From the NCBI GenBank assembly GCA_011109175.1, contig RDEW01000035.1:136141-200140 (forward strand): DNA of 64,000 nt, written 5' to 3'. The position numbers were made by a program, and so were the translations under genes. The number at the start of each line of letters is the position of its first letter. The stretch's first letter is position 1. The stretch is from Dicyema japonicum (lineage: Eukaryota; Animalia; Dicyemida). The notes below the pieces were generated by a model. The model was given only the letters and a program-made list of their open reading frames with translations, did not search any database and was not told the origin of the DNA. Shown in pieces: positions 36,230 to 48,540 of this stretch.

Positions 36230-38493
36230 TTTTACTTGTGTTCTTCCAGAGTACCCACGGCTTTCCTGTATCGACGACGATCATCTTTCATTAAGAGTTG
36301 AAGGGGGGTAGGTTTTTCTCCCAATTTACGTGTATTTGAGGCTTCTAGTCTTAAATGGAAGAAACGACTTGTCTCATGACCACTCAGACCGATGAAACCG
36401 GAGCCGTTGTTTTTGATTGAGGCGTGATCAAGAATTGGGGGAAAGATCGGCAGGTAGATTTGTTTGACGTGCAAGTTTGCCTGTTAGGGAATTGATCTTG
36501 TATAAATTGGATATTGAAACTCCATAAGCCCATGAGGCACAAGCATACTCTACCGTCGGTTTTAGAAATTAATTGTACAAGATGACAGCGCATTCCCGTG
36601 ACGGCCTGGACTTTAAGAGCGGTTTCATTATATTCAGTTTCTTGAGATCCTTTGTCATAAAGTTCTTCACATGTTGAGAAGATGTCATCAAAAGGTCAAA
36701 AGTCACTCCCAGAATAGTTGGATGAATCTGTAAAGGTAAAGAGTATCCATATATGCTCAAATCCAATGTATATTTTTCTTTTCTGTCTGTGGTGAAGATA
36801 GCATACGTTGATTTATCCCTGGATATGGAGAGACGATTCAAATTCAACCAGGCTCCCAGGTCATCAATATGTGACTGAAGCTCTGATTTTGCCATTTCCA
36901 CGTATTTGCTCCTACTAGCGATAATTAAGTCGTTAGCATATGTGTGAAGCATTGAATCTAATCCTCCAATGCAGGGTAAATCGTTTAGGAATTAATTGAA
37001 TAACGCCGGAGAGAGAGGCGATCCTTGAGGGACGCCATTTGGTAGAAGACGGGACCTCGATCTTGCATGGCCTATATAGACAAGTCTTCTTCCGGAAAAA
37101 ATTGGCTATTCATCTTTTCAAAGTCAGCTGAATGGTGGTGTCAAAAACTTTTTCGTGAGTAATGTTCTCGGGACAGAATCAAACGCCTTCTGTGTGTCCA
37201 GGAGACCAATTTTTTCCGTAGATGGCGTTTCGGTTCGTTGAACCCTTCTGTTATAAATTGAGACAGTGAAGTCAAATATGTCGTAGTTGAACACTCACAT
37301 TCGAAACCATGTTGGAATTGGCATTCGGGCAAATGGAGTTTAATTTTCCAGAGTACAAGTTTCTCAATTAGACGCGAAAATACGCACGTCAATGAAATGA
37401 GGAGACGCTTCTCCGAGTCCAGAGTAGGCTTGTAAAATTTGTAAACTGCACGTGGGACAAACAACTTATCAGCTCGAAGGATTACATGGTTTAGATGGTC
37501 CACTGCTTTGTCGATGGAGCAAAATGAGCTGGGATCAAAATGTATTAGGTTATGGTCAATGAAGAGCTTGAAATTTGACAGTCAGCTTTCTTGTAGACCT
37601 TGAAGGTTGCTTTTTTTACGTGAGTTATTGAATCGGCTCAGATTTATTATAATCGGATTATGATCACTATGAAAATCGTAGGAGACGTTCCATGAAATCT
37701 TCGGGGCAATCCTAGAGAAGGCAAATGGATATGTCGGGGGAGGTTAGGTTGTCATTTCTTCGGACTGTGTCCTTAGAAGATGTTCGGGTGATTCAGAATC
37801 GCCATTTTTTCGAGAGAGTTGATAATTAGACTCCCCCTTTGTCTGCTGACTGGGTATTGAACCATTGCGGATGTTTGGCGTTGAAATCCCCACATAGTAA
37901 AACATTTCGAATTTCGTGCTGTTTGTCGAGCTTCGGAACATAGTTATTAGGACAGGATCCCGGCGGGGAATGTAATTGTTGATTAGAATAGGATGTTCTG
38001 ACCCATTAATAAGATCAATTGAAATTTGTTCCGCGGTCCTGTCGTGTAGAATTAAATCATCCACTTGCGAGCTCACATCATGGATGGATAAACCGTTTTT
38101 AATAATAGTAAGTAAGCCCCCACCACGTCCAATACGGTCTTTCTGATAGAGATGTATCTAGGAAAAAGTGGGGTTGTACTCTTTGTAGAAAGTTTTGACT
38201 CCTGGATAAGGCAAATGTCACTCTTGTGCTTCGTTGATAGACATCGTAACTCCAGAATCTTTGTTTTATACCGTTAGCATTGAGTTGCATAATAACAAGG
38301 TTTTTGGTCCTGGGTTTTGTTCAATATCTCCAGAAAGCAATAGAATCCAGGGGAACAAACAACATCTCGAGTCTCCAGTTGAGGTATACCATCCAGGCAT
38401 ACGAAAAGTCTGGATAAGGAAAAATGGTTCTTTGGGTATTATTCGACACTGAGCCCCACCATAAAAGGTGAACCCATGACGCCACGCTAACAT
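36230..38493 (-). mobile_element. I/Ingi-like LINE family C (2A-like peptide + APE + RT), degraded
   Basis: LLLSGDIEQNPGP directly before MQLNANGIK; LIQES, GDFNAKHPQW, SDHNPI, FQHGF, KAFD, GVPQGSPLSP, TYANDL, ILGVTFD. Confidence 0.88.
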
Positions 38494-38827
38494 TACAAAA
38501 CTTAACCAACAAAAATTGGTGTAAATCTTTTATAAAATACTTTCACACATAATAATTACTTAAGATTAATCTCTATTAGTAAAAATAATGATTTTATATA
38601 AAAATGAACAAATTATTCCGAAACTTAAGTATTGATTAATTTTCAATAAACATGACAGATGTTGGCACCTGTCAAATCACCTGTCATCACGCTCAACGCT
38701 CGATCACTCTCAGCGCTAATGGCATAATAATTTTTGCTCTTTCGCGATTCCAAGTTCATGACTCATTATGTCCAGCAATGACCAGAGAAAACAATGTCAT
38801 TATAAGACATGGCAAAAAATTCTGGAA

Positions 38828-40690
38828 GTGATCTATGATACGCATATGTGATTCTCTCGGCTTGTTGAAGTTAAAATTAATGAATTAACAGTTGGAAATG
38901 TGCTAAACAAATGTGAGAAAAAAATCAACCTGCTGAAATGCTAACGGGCAATGAAAAATCAGAAACAATCCAATACTAAAAACACTTTACTACAATCATA
39001 TTGAAACTTGGATTTTCTATGCATTTGCCTCAGAGGACCTTACATCTCTTGGACTAATGCACTGAAAATCGCGCTACACAAAAAGGACTTTTGGAATTAC
39101 AAAGAAATGGTCTACGGACAAAAGGAACGTGATACCCACACACTTGGAGATCCTTATCTGAAGGAGTAACGGAGGAAAACTGATCAAACGTTATTAGGAG
39201 AAATCCTGACCTAACGAGTTGTGTAGAACCGAGGGAGAGCATCGAATCGAGTTAAGAGCCTGGATTAATTTGTCGTGATCACATGTTTGTTTTCCGTTTT
39301 AACGATGTCTTGGAATAAATATTTGATTTAAGTTTGAGGCAATGAATCAGATTCCAATAAACTAGAAGAACCACGGGAGAATCAGTTAGACTGTAAGCTT
39401 TGAGAGTCAATATTTTGTCACTACACTTTCACTCAGTTTAACTCTTTTTGTTATTAATAAGCACGTGTTAGAATAAAAATAGGTTTTTTTGGAAGAACAA
39501 AATTTCAAATGAAATCGTATGCAACAGACTAGGGATCGAATCGGAATAATGACTTTTCTTGTCAAACAGATCCCACCCGTGAGCGACGAATCCTTCTGAC
39601 ACAACAAGTAGTTGGAGGAATCTTCTTACTTTCAACCTGGTAAGACGTGTGATGAAAATGGAAGAAGGTGGATCTACTTTTGCACTTCTCGTATGAAGCG
39701 AAACCAATAATAAACTATTGTAGAATAGATTTGGTCATCATAAACATAACTTCTTTAGATCATTTATCCGTGAATGTTTGTGCTGGGCTTACTAAATATT
39801 GTTATCCTGGGGTTAATAAATATAATGAATATAAGACTTTCTTGTGACAAAATAAAAAACAATTTCTATCTAATAATTCAATTATAAATAAAACCTGAAA
39901 TCGCATTATTAAAATTAACTTGTGTATACTTTGTCACACGTGTCGTAAATTTTTTGAAGAATTTTACTTCCATTGAGGGGGATGTCCATGAAATAGTCTC
40001 CAAGCCTTCGGTGAGTTGTGAATAAAGTCAAAGCTGACTTTTCTGCATTTGTAAGTGATTTTTTGTAAAGCCATAAACTAAGATCATAAGATATAATAGA
40101 AATTGTGTTTGACGCCACTATAGGCAAATAATCGAAATTGTAAATATGCATCCACATACACCACGTGGTAGGTTTTCTACAATTGGGTTTTAGTTTTGGT
40201 TATATTAAGAAATTCACATACCGCTGAACGATCATAATTTTGGGTTAATGACTCATCATGATTTTTTTAATTTAAATGAATTTTTTAACTTTTCTAACGA
40301 TCCTTGTATAAATTCAATCAGTTTTCTTGATTTACTAATGTTTTCAGTCTTGTTAAAAATAATATTGTCATCCAGCATAACTCATATAATATTGCATATA
40401 AAACATTTGGTAAAACATTATTTTAACTTTAAAAAGAATTCAGTACATGTTAGCACGTGTTACTGCTATTATTTGGATCATTGATGGAAAGACTGGAAAT
40501 TTTTTTTAATATCTATGAAAGGATTTCGAACACTCGGGGAATTGATTTTTGTCATTTTGTTGAATGAATTTTAAGATTATAATTTGTTAGATTTTTTCAA
40601 TCTTATACAACACTGTGACCGAATGGTTAAGTGAAAGAAGTTCCGGATCAAAATCCAGTAGGTTAATGTTCAATTTGGTTGAAGATTCTA
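38828..40690. repeat. Copy 1 of a composite inverted duplication (partner 62125-64000)
   Basis: Reverse-complement colinearity over ~1.9 kb; contains LINE remnants and a SINE head. Confidence 0.88.
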
Positions 40691-42199
40691 CGCATCTACT
40701 ACCTTCTGGCAATATCTTGACTGTCTTCAAGTAAACAGCCAAGTTTGTTGGTTTTTCGCTATGTTTCATTTGATCTACTTGAATTTCTCTTGATTTTCAC
40801 AATGTCAGTTTTTGCGGTGTTCATTCCATGGAACCATCGGTTCAGAGCTTTGTGTTATATAGCAACTCTCTGATCATACTGACAGAATCAGGGTACAAGA
40901 ATTGTTCCAGTATTCTGAGTTTAGACCACGGCGGACCGTGTCAAAGGTCTTGGAGAGGTCTATTCCCAGGACTGTTGTTGCACAAATGATTAGTTATTTA
41001 AATAATATTTTGTATTTTAATTTAGTTAATATTTTGTGTTGTCTGCTGGACTTACGTACCACTCTATTACTTAGAGATGCCTTTTCAGTACACAAATTAA
41101 TCTATCTCTTTGGAGGCACCTTGCTACTTAAAAATGCAACAGCTCAATACGGTCGATTCCCCATTCAAAATTAAAGGAAAACACAGATAGCTTTCCAGCC
41201 AAGGTATCTACCACTTTCCCATTAGAAGAGAGTTGTTCCGTCAGGTCTTTTGTCGGCTTGTGGAACTCTAAATAAATCGGGTTAAAAATTATTCCAAAAA
41301 CCCAGAGTGACAAACTAGCTAACTCTTTGATGCTGACTGTCTCCAGGTAACGAAGTTGTCCCCGGGGAAAGAATATGTGGATCCTCTAGATGCCGGCGTC
41401 TCATTAGTAAGGTCGATCCAATGACGCCATCAGAAAGAAGGAAATAATTATTACCAACTAGCCACATAGCACCACATGGCGGCACGCGGCTTTAAAATTA
41501 AAATAACTTTTAATTTTAAAGCCAAATTATTATAATTCCGGATTTGGGCTTAAAACATGCACTTTTTATGGTTGCTTTTGACTATCAAATTCATAGGATT
41601 TAACTTAATTTGCCTAAACTTTTCTGGGTTCCACACTTGCACATATTTTGGCTCTGCAGGACTTGCATACAATGTCTGAAACTTAAGTCCCCCAGGGACC
41701 AAAAAATACAACTTTGAGTTTTTGCATTTATTGATTGATGTGGCGTGACCTTGAATGCTAATTTCCAAAGCTTTAACTTAACTTTAATTCAATTTCCCAC
41801 TCCAGGCCATCAATTATTATAGAATAAACTAAGTTTATGCTTTGGGAAAATCAATTGACTGCTAGCCCGGAAAAGTCGGTGTTGACCTTATTCACGACAA
41901 ACAGAAGACTAGGGAAAGTATCAATTGAATTTTGTCTTTTAATGAGTTTCGATTGTCGCCTGAAGGCGTTCTTGGGAAACTTAAGAGACAAAAAAGATCT
42001 GAGTGGACTGGATGTCATATACAAACAGTTCATCGGGGCTACAATAGGATACGCATGTAATGTCTAGGGATCTAACCTTGCTGCAACGAATTTGTACAAG
42101 ATCTGCAATATTCAACTGAAGGCAGCGAACCTACTAAGGATATTTTCAGAAACCTTGAAAATATGCAATAAAATATTTAATATTTGAAATCATCATACT

Positions 42200-42892
42200 C
42201 GCGTATTGTATCACTCATCTGACTATTTGACTTAAATTTTGAATTATATTATTAATGAGGTCAGAGATGAGTCACATATTATTTAATATGGATCTTGCTT
42301 CTAAGGGTGTGAACTCATCATTATGTTTCTTTTTAGCCGGCCAATCAGCAGCTAGGTGAACATATAAAGGCACGTCACAACCTTATTTTTTTCTTACAGT
42401 CACCTTCACTAGTCTCGTATATAAACATAGTCATCATTTTAAGGTTAAAATTGTCTCGATACTAATCACCTGGGATGACCTTGTAACATCAAGTCCGTGA
42501 GTATACGACAGGTCACTGAATATCAGCGAAAGGACAAATATTCAACCTCTCACAACAACAATCAATGTTTTGCGGCGGAATAGAGAGCTTAATGAAGTAA
42601 TCAATGAGATTCACTCTCGGTTTGATAGGAAAGAATTTTATGAGAATAGTGAAGGAGATTGTGCTGGATCGCATAATCTTCTAGCATGGTATTTACATGT
42701 GGTCTTATGAATTAAGATTGCTTGTTTATCAAGTTCATAGATAATCCTAGCGTTCGATTTGTAGAAATGTTTAGCTGGTCTACTATGGCAAAGCTCTAAT
42801 GCACTCAATTTCTTCATCCTCTCAAAGTGATTGTAACCCATTAATGGTTCAGGAGGTATCGGGTATGCAAACATTAGGAAATAAGGAGACAT
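42200..42892 (-). mobile_element. Possible Ty3/Gypsy integrase tail and LTR remnant
   Basis: SPYFLMF motif; TGTTACA start near 42487 followed by TATA/AATAA-like elements; weak. Confidence 0.25.
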
Positions 42893-43019
42893 TAACGTTT
42901 GTTGGAATCTCGTCTGTCACAAAAATAGTATAAAATTTGTTATTGCAATCAATATTGAATATAAATCAATGTTGAATTGGCTTATTTGATGTTAAATTTA
43001 TAATTACTATCCCAGTAGA

Positions 43020-43470
43020 GACCGGTTCCCGAGGAATGGCACCATCAACGAGATCGTGAAGCGCTCTCTTGAGGCTGGTGAATTCACGTCATCTCTAGAA
43101 CCGGTGAGACTGGATCATGGAGATGCACCTGGACGGGGTAACTGTATTCCGCATCTCTCGGAGAAGATGTTTGATTTGAAATGGGGCATGCAGCGACACC
43201 TTTTTACAGTTGATACTTACTGGCTCCGCCTTGAAAGCTAGGGATTGCTCGAACATTCGAGAGTTTCAAAATAAGAAAATATGACAGCTTCTCAACAAAA
43301 TTCTATGTATAGCCTGTAGTCGTCAAAACGAGCGCACTTTTCGGGACCAAGATCGCTCGGATTCATGATAACGAAAGCGAGTAACAAACTTTGCGAAACC
43401 GAGTGCTATTCCAAGAATTCTCTGGCAGTTATCAGGAGAAACAGCCACTCAATTAGCTCAAATGGAGTAT
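43020..43470 (+). mobile_element. CRE 3' remnant
   Basis: INEIVKRSLE..LEPV.L..PDGVTV; PVVVKTS; SLAVIRRNSHSI. Confidence 0.7.
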
Positions 43471-43497
43471 TTTGATTGTTTTGCTACATAATAAATA

Positions 43498-45422
43498 CAG
43501 TAAACTCTCTCAAATATGCCAATTCTAAAATTTGCCAACATTTTTAAAAATTATTTTTATTTTTTAAAATATGCCAACATTTTTTAAAAATTATTTTTAT
43601 TTTTTAAAATATTTTTAAAAAATTAAATAATTTAAAGAAGATATGGTCGGAATGTTCTTGTTGGGGTTTAACCAGAGTTTCAATTGCTCAAAAAGTGGAA
43701 ATATTGGGGAATAAAGAAGCCAATAAATCAGCTTCATGTCAGACGACATGCAACAGATTTTCTTCTACTTTCAAATAGAGAATCTCTAGAAGAACAGTAA
43801 ATTAAATATTAAATGCAGAAATGCATCTATTCTGTTCAAGAACAGAAATCCTAAACTAAAAACTTGTAAAAAATTAAAATACCCAGAGTTTGATGATAAT
43901 CTATTAGATGGATTCAATGGAATTCAAAAGGTACACAATTTACTCTAACATTTAAGGTGCTTTATTAAACTATTCTCTATTATCACATAAGGCAGAATTT
44001 TTCGCAAAAAAAATTTCGTAAACTAATTTAAAAAATTCTTACGGGTTTTTGGAGAAATTTAAAAAAAGACATGGATTTCGAATGCGTGAATTACACTGCG
44101 AAAAGCCACTGAAAAACATGTTGATATTGATGACTTTTTAAAAGAATTTAAAGAAGTTTCAAAGAGTTAATTGTCTGAAACTATTTATAATTTGAATGAG
44201 ACAGTAATATTTTTTAAATTGATTCCTTCTCGGTGCATTTGCAAATTTCCTTTCGGGGGATATAAAAATTTCAAGAATAGAGTTTCAATAATGCTTTGCG
44301 CCAATATGTCAGGGATACATAAGTTAAAACCATTATTGATTGGGAAACCAAACATGTCCCGATGTTTCAAGAAATATGATTATAATTTCTTAGTTACTTG
44401 TTACAATTCTCAAAGGGCATGGACGACTTCATCAATTTTTGCGAATTGGATTACAAATTATGACAATCTATTGAAAATTGAAAAAATATCAATTTTGTAA
44501 TAAATGGATAATTGCCCATCTCATTGCCCACCTCTTTATCTGGAAAATACTAAAATTATGTTTATTCCAAAGTACAGGACTTATTCAACCTATGTATCTG
44601 GGAATCATAAAATATTTCAAAGTTCATTTTACAAGGCACAAATTACTATATTTAACGGATATGTTGGAATGCGAGAAGAACTCAGTATATGAATCATACA
44701 AGAGGTTAAATCTTAGAGATACTACATTGTTTGTAAAATTGGCATAGGATGATATGGAATCTAAACAATTTCAAACTGTTTTGAAAGTCTAGAACGTACA
44801 TAATGCGAATCAGAACTTACTAACATAAATGCAACAGAGAAATCGTATCCAGAACATATATTTATGATCCTATTGAATTAGAAGAATTTATTTGATTACA
44901 GTGAAAAGGAGGCAATTGATGATGAAGGATAAATTAATTGCTATTGAGGAACAAAAAGAATCCGGTAGTGTAGAAGTACATGAGTCATTAAACAAGGCTA
45001 AAATGCTTTTAAAATTAAGAAAGATTGAAAATTATCTTTTAGAAAACATTGAAAATGATAATAATGCAGAATTCATTACTTATATAAGATATAAAGAAAA
45101 TATTACAAATTCTAATAAGAGGCAATTGGGAATTGAGTATTATTTTAATAAAATTTAATTAATTTTTGTTTCCTTGGTTAAAAATATTGTTTTCCTTAAA
45201 AATAAAATTTATTAATTTAAAAAAGTTTAATTATCCTTTTATAAACGGGAGCCGTTGGTCCAATGACGGCTGAATTCTTGCAAGAACTCGGAGGATTGCT
45301 TGCCAGAAAGTTTAATAAATTAATTAAAAATTCAAATAAAATTTTATTCTGAAATCTGCCAATTCTCAAATTTGCCACAATTTCGCTGGAACCAAAAATG
45401 GCAAATTTGATAGAGTTTACTG
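43498..45422 (+). mobile_element. Full-length Tigger/pogo transposon, degraded transposase, 26-nt intron at 43931-43956
   Basis: TIRs CAGTAAACTCT..CAAAT.TGCCA; TA TSD at 43496-43497 and 45423-45424; FLEKFKKRHG, IYNLNET, MLCANMSG, RAWTT, MDNCPSH, LIQPM.LGII. Confidence 0.92.
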
Positions 45423-45781
45423 TATATAATTTATTAACCACTTCACTTTAATCATGGACATATTAATTATTATCCAAGTATACAAAAAGACGTGCGGGAA
45501 GCGATCTGGCTGAGGCAACGAATTGGGATTGCAGTTGTCAGCGGAAACGCTTAATCCGTAATGTCAGCAGCCGCTGTCCCCCATAGTTAATAAATAATAT
45601 TTTATTGTTAGAAAATAAAAAAATGACAAAAGTTAAAAAAAAGTATACAGAATAACTAATAACTATATAAAAATGGTATCAATAAATATTAAATTTAATT
45701 GGCCTACTCTACTTGATCTCGACAGTTTTGCGATTGCAATTGAAATTAATCTTCATCCTATAACAAAAAATAATTTTTGTT

Positions 45782-45872
45782 CCACTTTGATTTTGGTAAG
45801 ACCCACTTTGCTTTTGGTAAGTACCACTTTGCTTTTGGTGAGACCCACTTTGCTTTTGGTGAGACCCACTTT
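45782..45872. repeat. 21-bp minisatellite, ~4.3 copies
   Basis: CCACTTTGCTTTTGGT(G/A)AGAC repeated. Confidence 0.9.
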
Positions 45873-46103
45873 AAACCTGAAATGGTATAGTTACATATTG
45901 CAATCAATATTGAAGCAATAATAGAACAGCACTGTATAGAATGGTCCACTGTGTTCAGAGGCGGAAGAGATAACTTTCTTGTAATTTTGCAAAATAATAA
46001 TAAAAAATCAATACAACTAAACTACAAGAGCAATCCCACGTGCAGCAACCATTACATCATAATTACCTAATCATATGATCACATTAATAAAAAAACAAAT
46101 AAA

Positions 46104-46774
46104 TTAAACAGTAAAATTACCAATATCATGCATAATATGCCCATTCTTCATCTTAACCAACTGCAACACAGAGTCTAGGAGTACCCCATGTGTATCCATC
46201 ATATCATCTCTCACATTGACAAACTACAGTCATCAACAGCACAGCCTTCATTCTCTCAGAATACAGCTATTTGAAGGTGGAAGTGATCTTGCTTTGCATT
46301 TCCTCATTTTCATATCTCTCATGATTACAGTTCAAATCAGGACAACTCTTCTCTAGGAAAATACAAGGTCAGGTTCTGGCATTCCCTGGTCTGGGGACCT
46401 ACACCATTCCACAGAAAGTCCCTTCGCACGGAATAGGACACTCCAGAATAGTAATAACGATCAAGAATCACCACAGTATCTGCTGACAAGGCAGACTGGA
46501 TTTTCTCACTAAAACATTAAGATTCGGGTACATTAGTTCCCATCGATTCGCTGAGAAGAGGAGATGAATGGCTCTATCGTCTAATTCTATCTCCTTCTAC
46601 CAATATGGGTGTCCCGAGCTGTTTATTAGTTAAATGAAAACCAGGAAATGACATTAGCAAAGTATTTATTCCCAATTTACTTAAAGATTCAGACAAAAGT
46701 AGACATTGAGTTGATTTTCCCACTTTGTCTATTCCTTCCAAAACAACGAGAAACCCACAAAGTCTACTTTTCAT
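46104..46774 (-). pseudogene. DTYMK: Thymidylate kinase (dTMP kinase), disrupted; introns 46619-46641 and 46509-46531
   Basis: P-loop VLEGIDKVGKSTQ, FP|AR.T.IG, AIHLLFSANRWE, ILDRYYYSGVSYS, PEPDLV, HERYE; small deletion after the first intron, frameshifts and a stop. Confidence 0.85.
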
Positions 46775-47074
46775 AATCAAATTGTGGCGGTTGATTTTAA
46801 ATTTAAATAGTCTCAAAATTAATCTTTTGAATTAATTAATATAACTTAAATAAATTTAACAAAATGACAATGATAAACAAATTTAAAACTAACTAAGGAT
46901 TTTAGATGCTGTTTTCAGAGAAGGTGGTCTTGAAAATTTCGGCAGCCGTCCTGTACGTTCATGTGCGGGCACGAAGGAAGAACACCGGGCAAAGATGAGT
47001 TCTTTGTTAGAATGCATCGGGATCACGTGATTATTAGTTTGCTTTTACCGTGGTCTTGAATTAAATAAAAAAAA

Positions 47075-48540
47075 GTATGCCGACGATGTGGTTCCATTTG
47101 GAAAAAAAGCTATACTTTTATCCTTACGAAATGGACCAACAAGGAAGCCTGTGTCGATGTGAGATATTGAAGCAAACCTAGTCCAGCCAGAATAGTTCAA
47201 CTCAAAAATAAATGGAATCAAGAACAAGATACTTTAACTTGGGAGTTATTTGAAAGAACACCGCATCGACATGTTGTTAATTCAAGAAACAAATTTTCCC
47301 AAAAAAATGCCACACCAAGATTTCCGAGATTCATTCATTCGTCGTGACAGATCACGGAAACTTGGTGGACCTCATAGTAATTCGAAACAGAATTCCTTTG
47401 AGAATATAACTGACAATGTCCACACTATGCTTCACTAGTATGGAAATCTCGAATTTGTGGCTACCAAATCCGATTCCTAAGACTTTCAGTAACATTTTTC
47501 AACGCACATCTCCCGCCTTTGAGTTCCTGCTCCTCTTGTGCTCCCAGATTCTCTCACTTTACTGAAAGATGGGATTATCTGTGATGGATTCAATGCGAAG
47601 CACCCATTGTGGTTGACGGGACTAGCCCATGACAAAAGGGGAAAGATGAGAATTGAGGACCTTCATAATCTCATAATAAAACTTATTCAAAAAACCTAAC
47701 TAATAATGAACCAATGTCCTATCCCAAAATCTATTCTGAGTCCGGTCTCAAGGATCATCGAAAGGCTTCTTCTGTACAGATTCATCTCAACACCTCGACC
47801 CAACACGGATTCGGGAACTATCGATCACAACCCTTACGTAATTCATTGCGGAAGGTTTTAACTCCCCCAAACCCCATCAAATGACAGTATTTATATCCGT
47901 GGACATCACAAAAACGTTCGACACAGTCCCCAGGAAATTCCTTAAAAAGAAGATATTTGAAACGAACATCCACCTGAACTTGAAGCTCAAGTACTCTGCA
48001 ACAACATCAAATCAAGATCTCGCTATTTCCAAATGGGGTCCCTCAAGGCTCACCACTCACATTTACATAAACGACATGCCACAAACTTGTAATGAGAACT
48101 TTCTAATCCTCTCTTACAGCGACGATATCATTCTTGCCTCCAAGAACAAGTGCATTCATTTAGCGACTCAGTCGACCGACAAATGTTTGAAAATGGAACT
48201 GTAGCTCGAGAATCGAAGATTGATACATCAGGTACAAAGTCCTCTGTAACCCTGTTTACCACGTACAAAAGACAGCTCTGTGTCGATCCAAATATCCTTA
48301 TGAAGAACGAGGCTATTCCTATTAACAAAAACAATTCTGAGGTCACAAATGATCAGGGACTCTCATTTATCGACATTTGAGAACAAAGTAAATTCTGCTC
48401 TGAAGAAAATGAGAATCCTAAAAGTGATCTCAAAAACAGTCAAAGACTAAACTGGGAGCCTTGTCAGTTTATGAACAATTTATCCGACCCACGATGACGT
48501 ATGCAAGTCCTTCATAGGAAATGTAGATTTCACACTCTTT
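47075..48540 (+). mobile_element. LINE family B with many internal deletions; a separate LINE 3' end lies just upstream (~46900-47073)
   Basis: DIEAN..ARIVQL..NGIKNK, DMLLIQET, FNAKHPLW, DITKTFDTVP, SYSDD; colinear in pieces with 54495-56410. Confidence 0.75.

Noticed and set aside
45782-45872. CRISPR array
   Set aside because: Head-to-tail repeats without spacers, in a eukaryotic context with no cas genes
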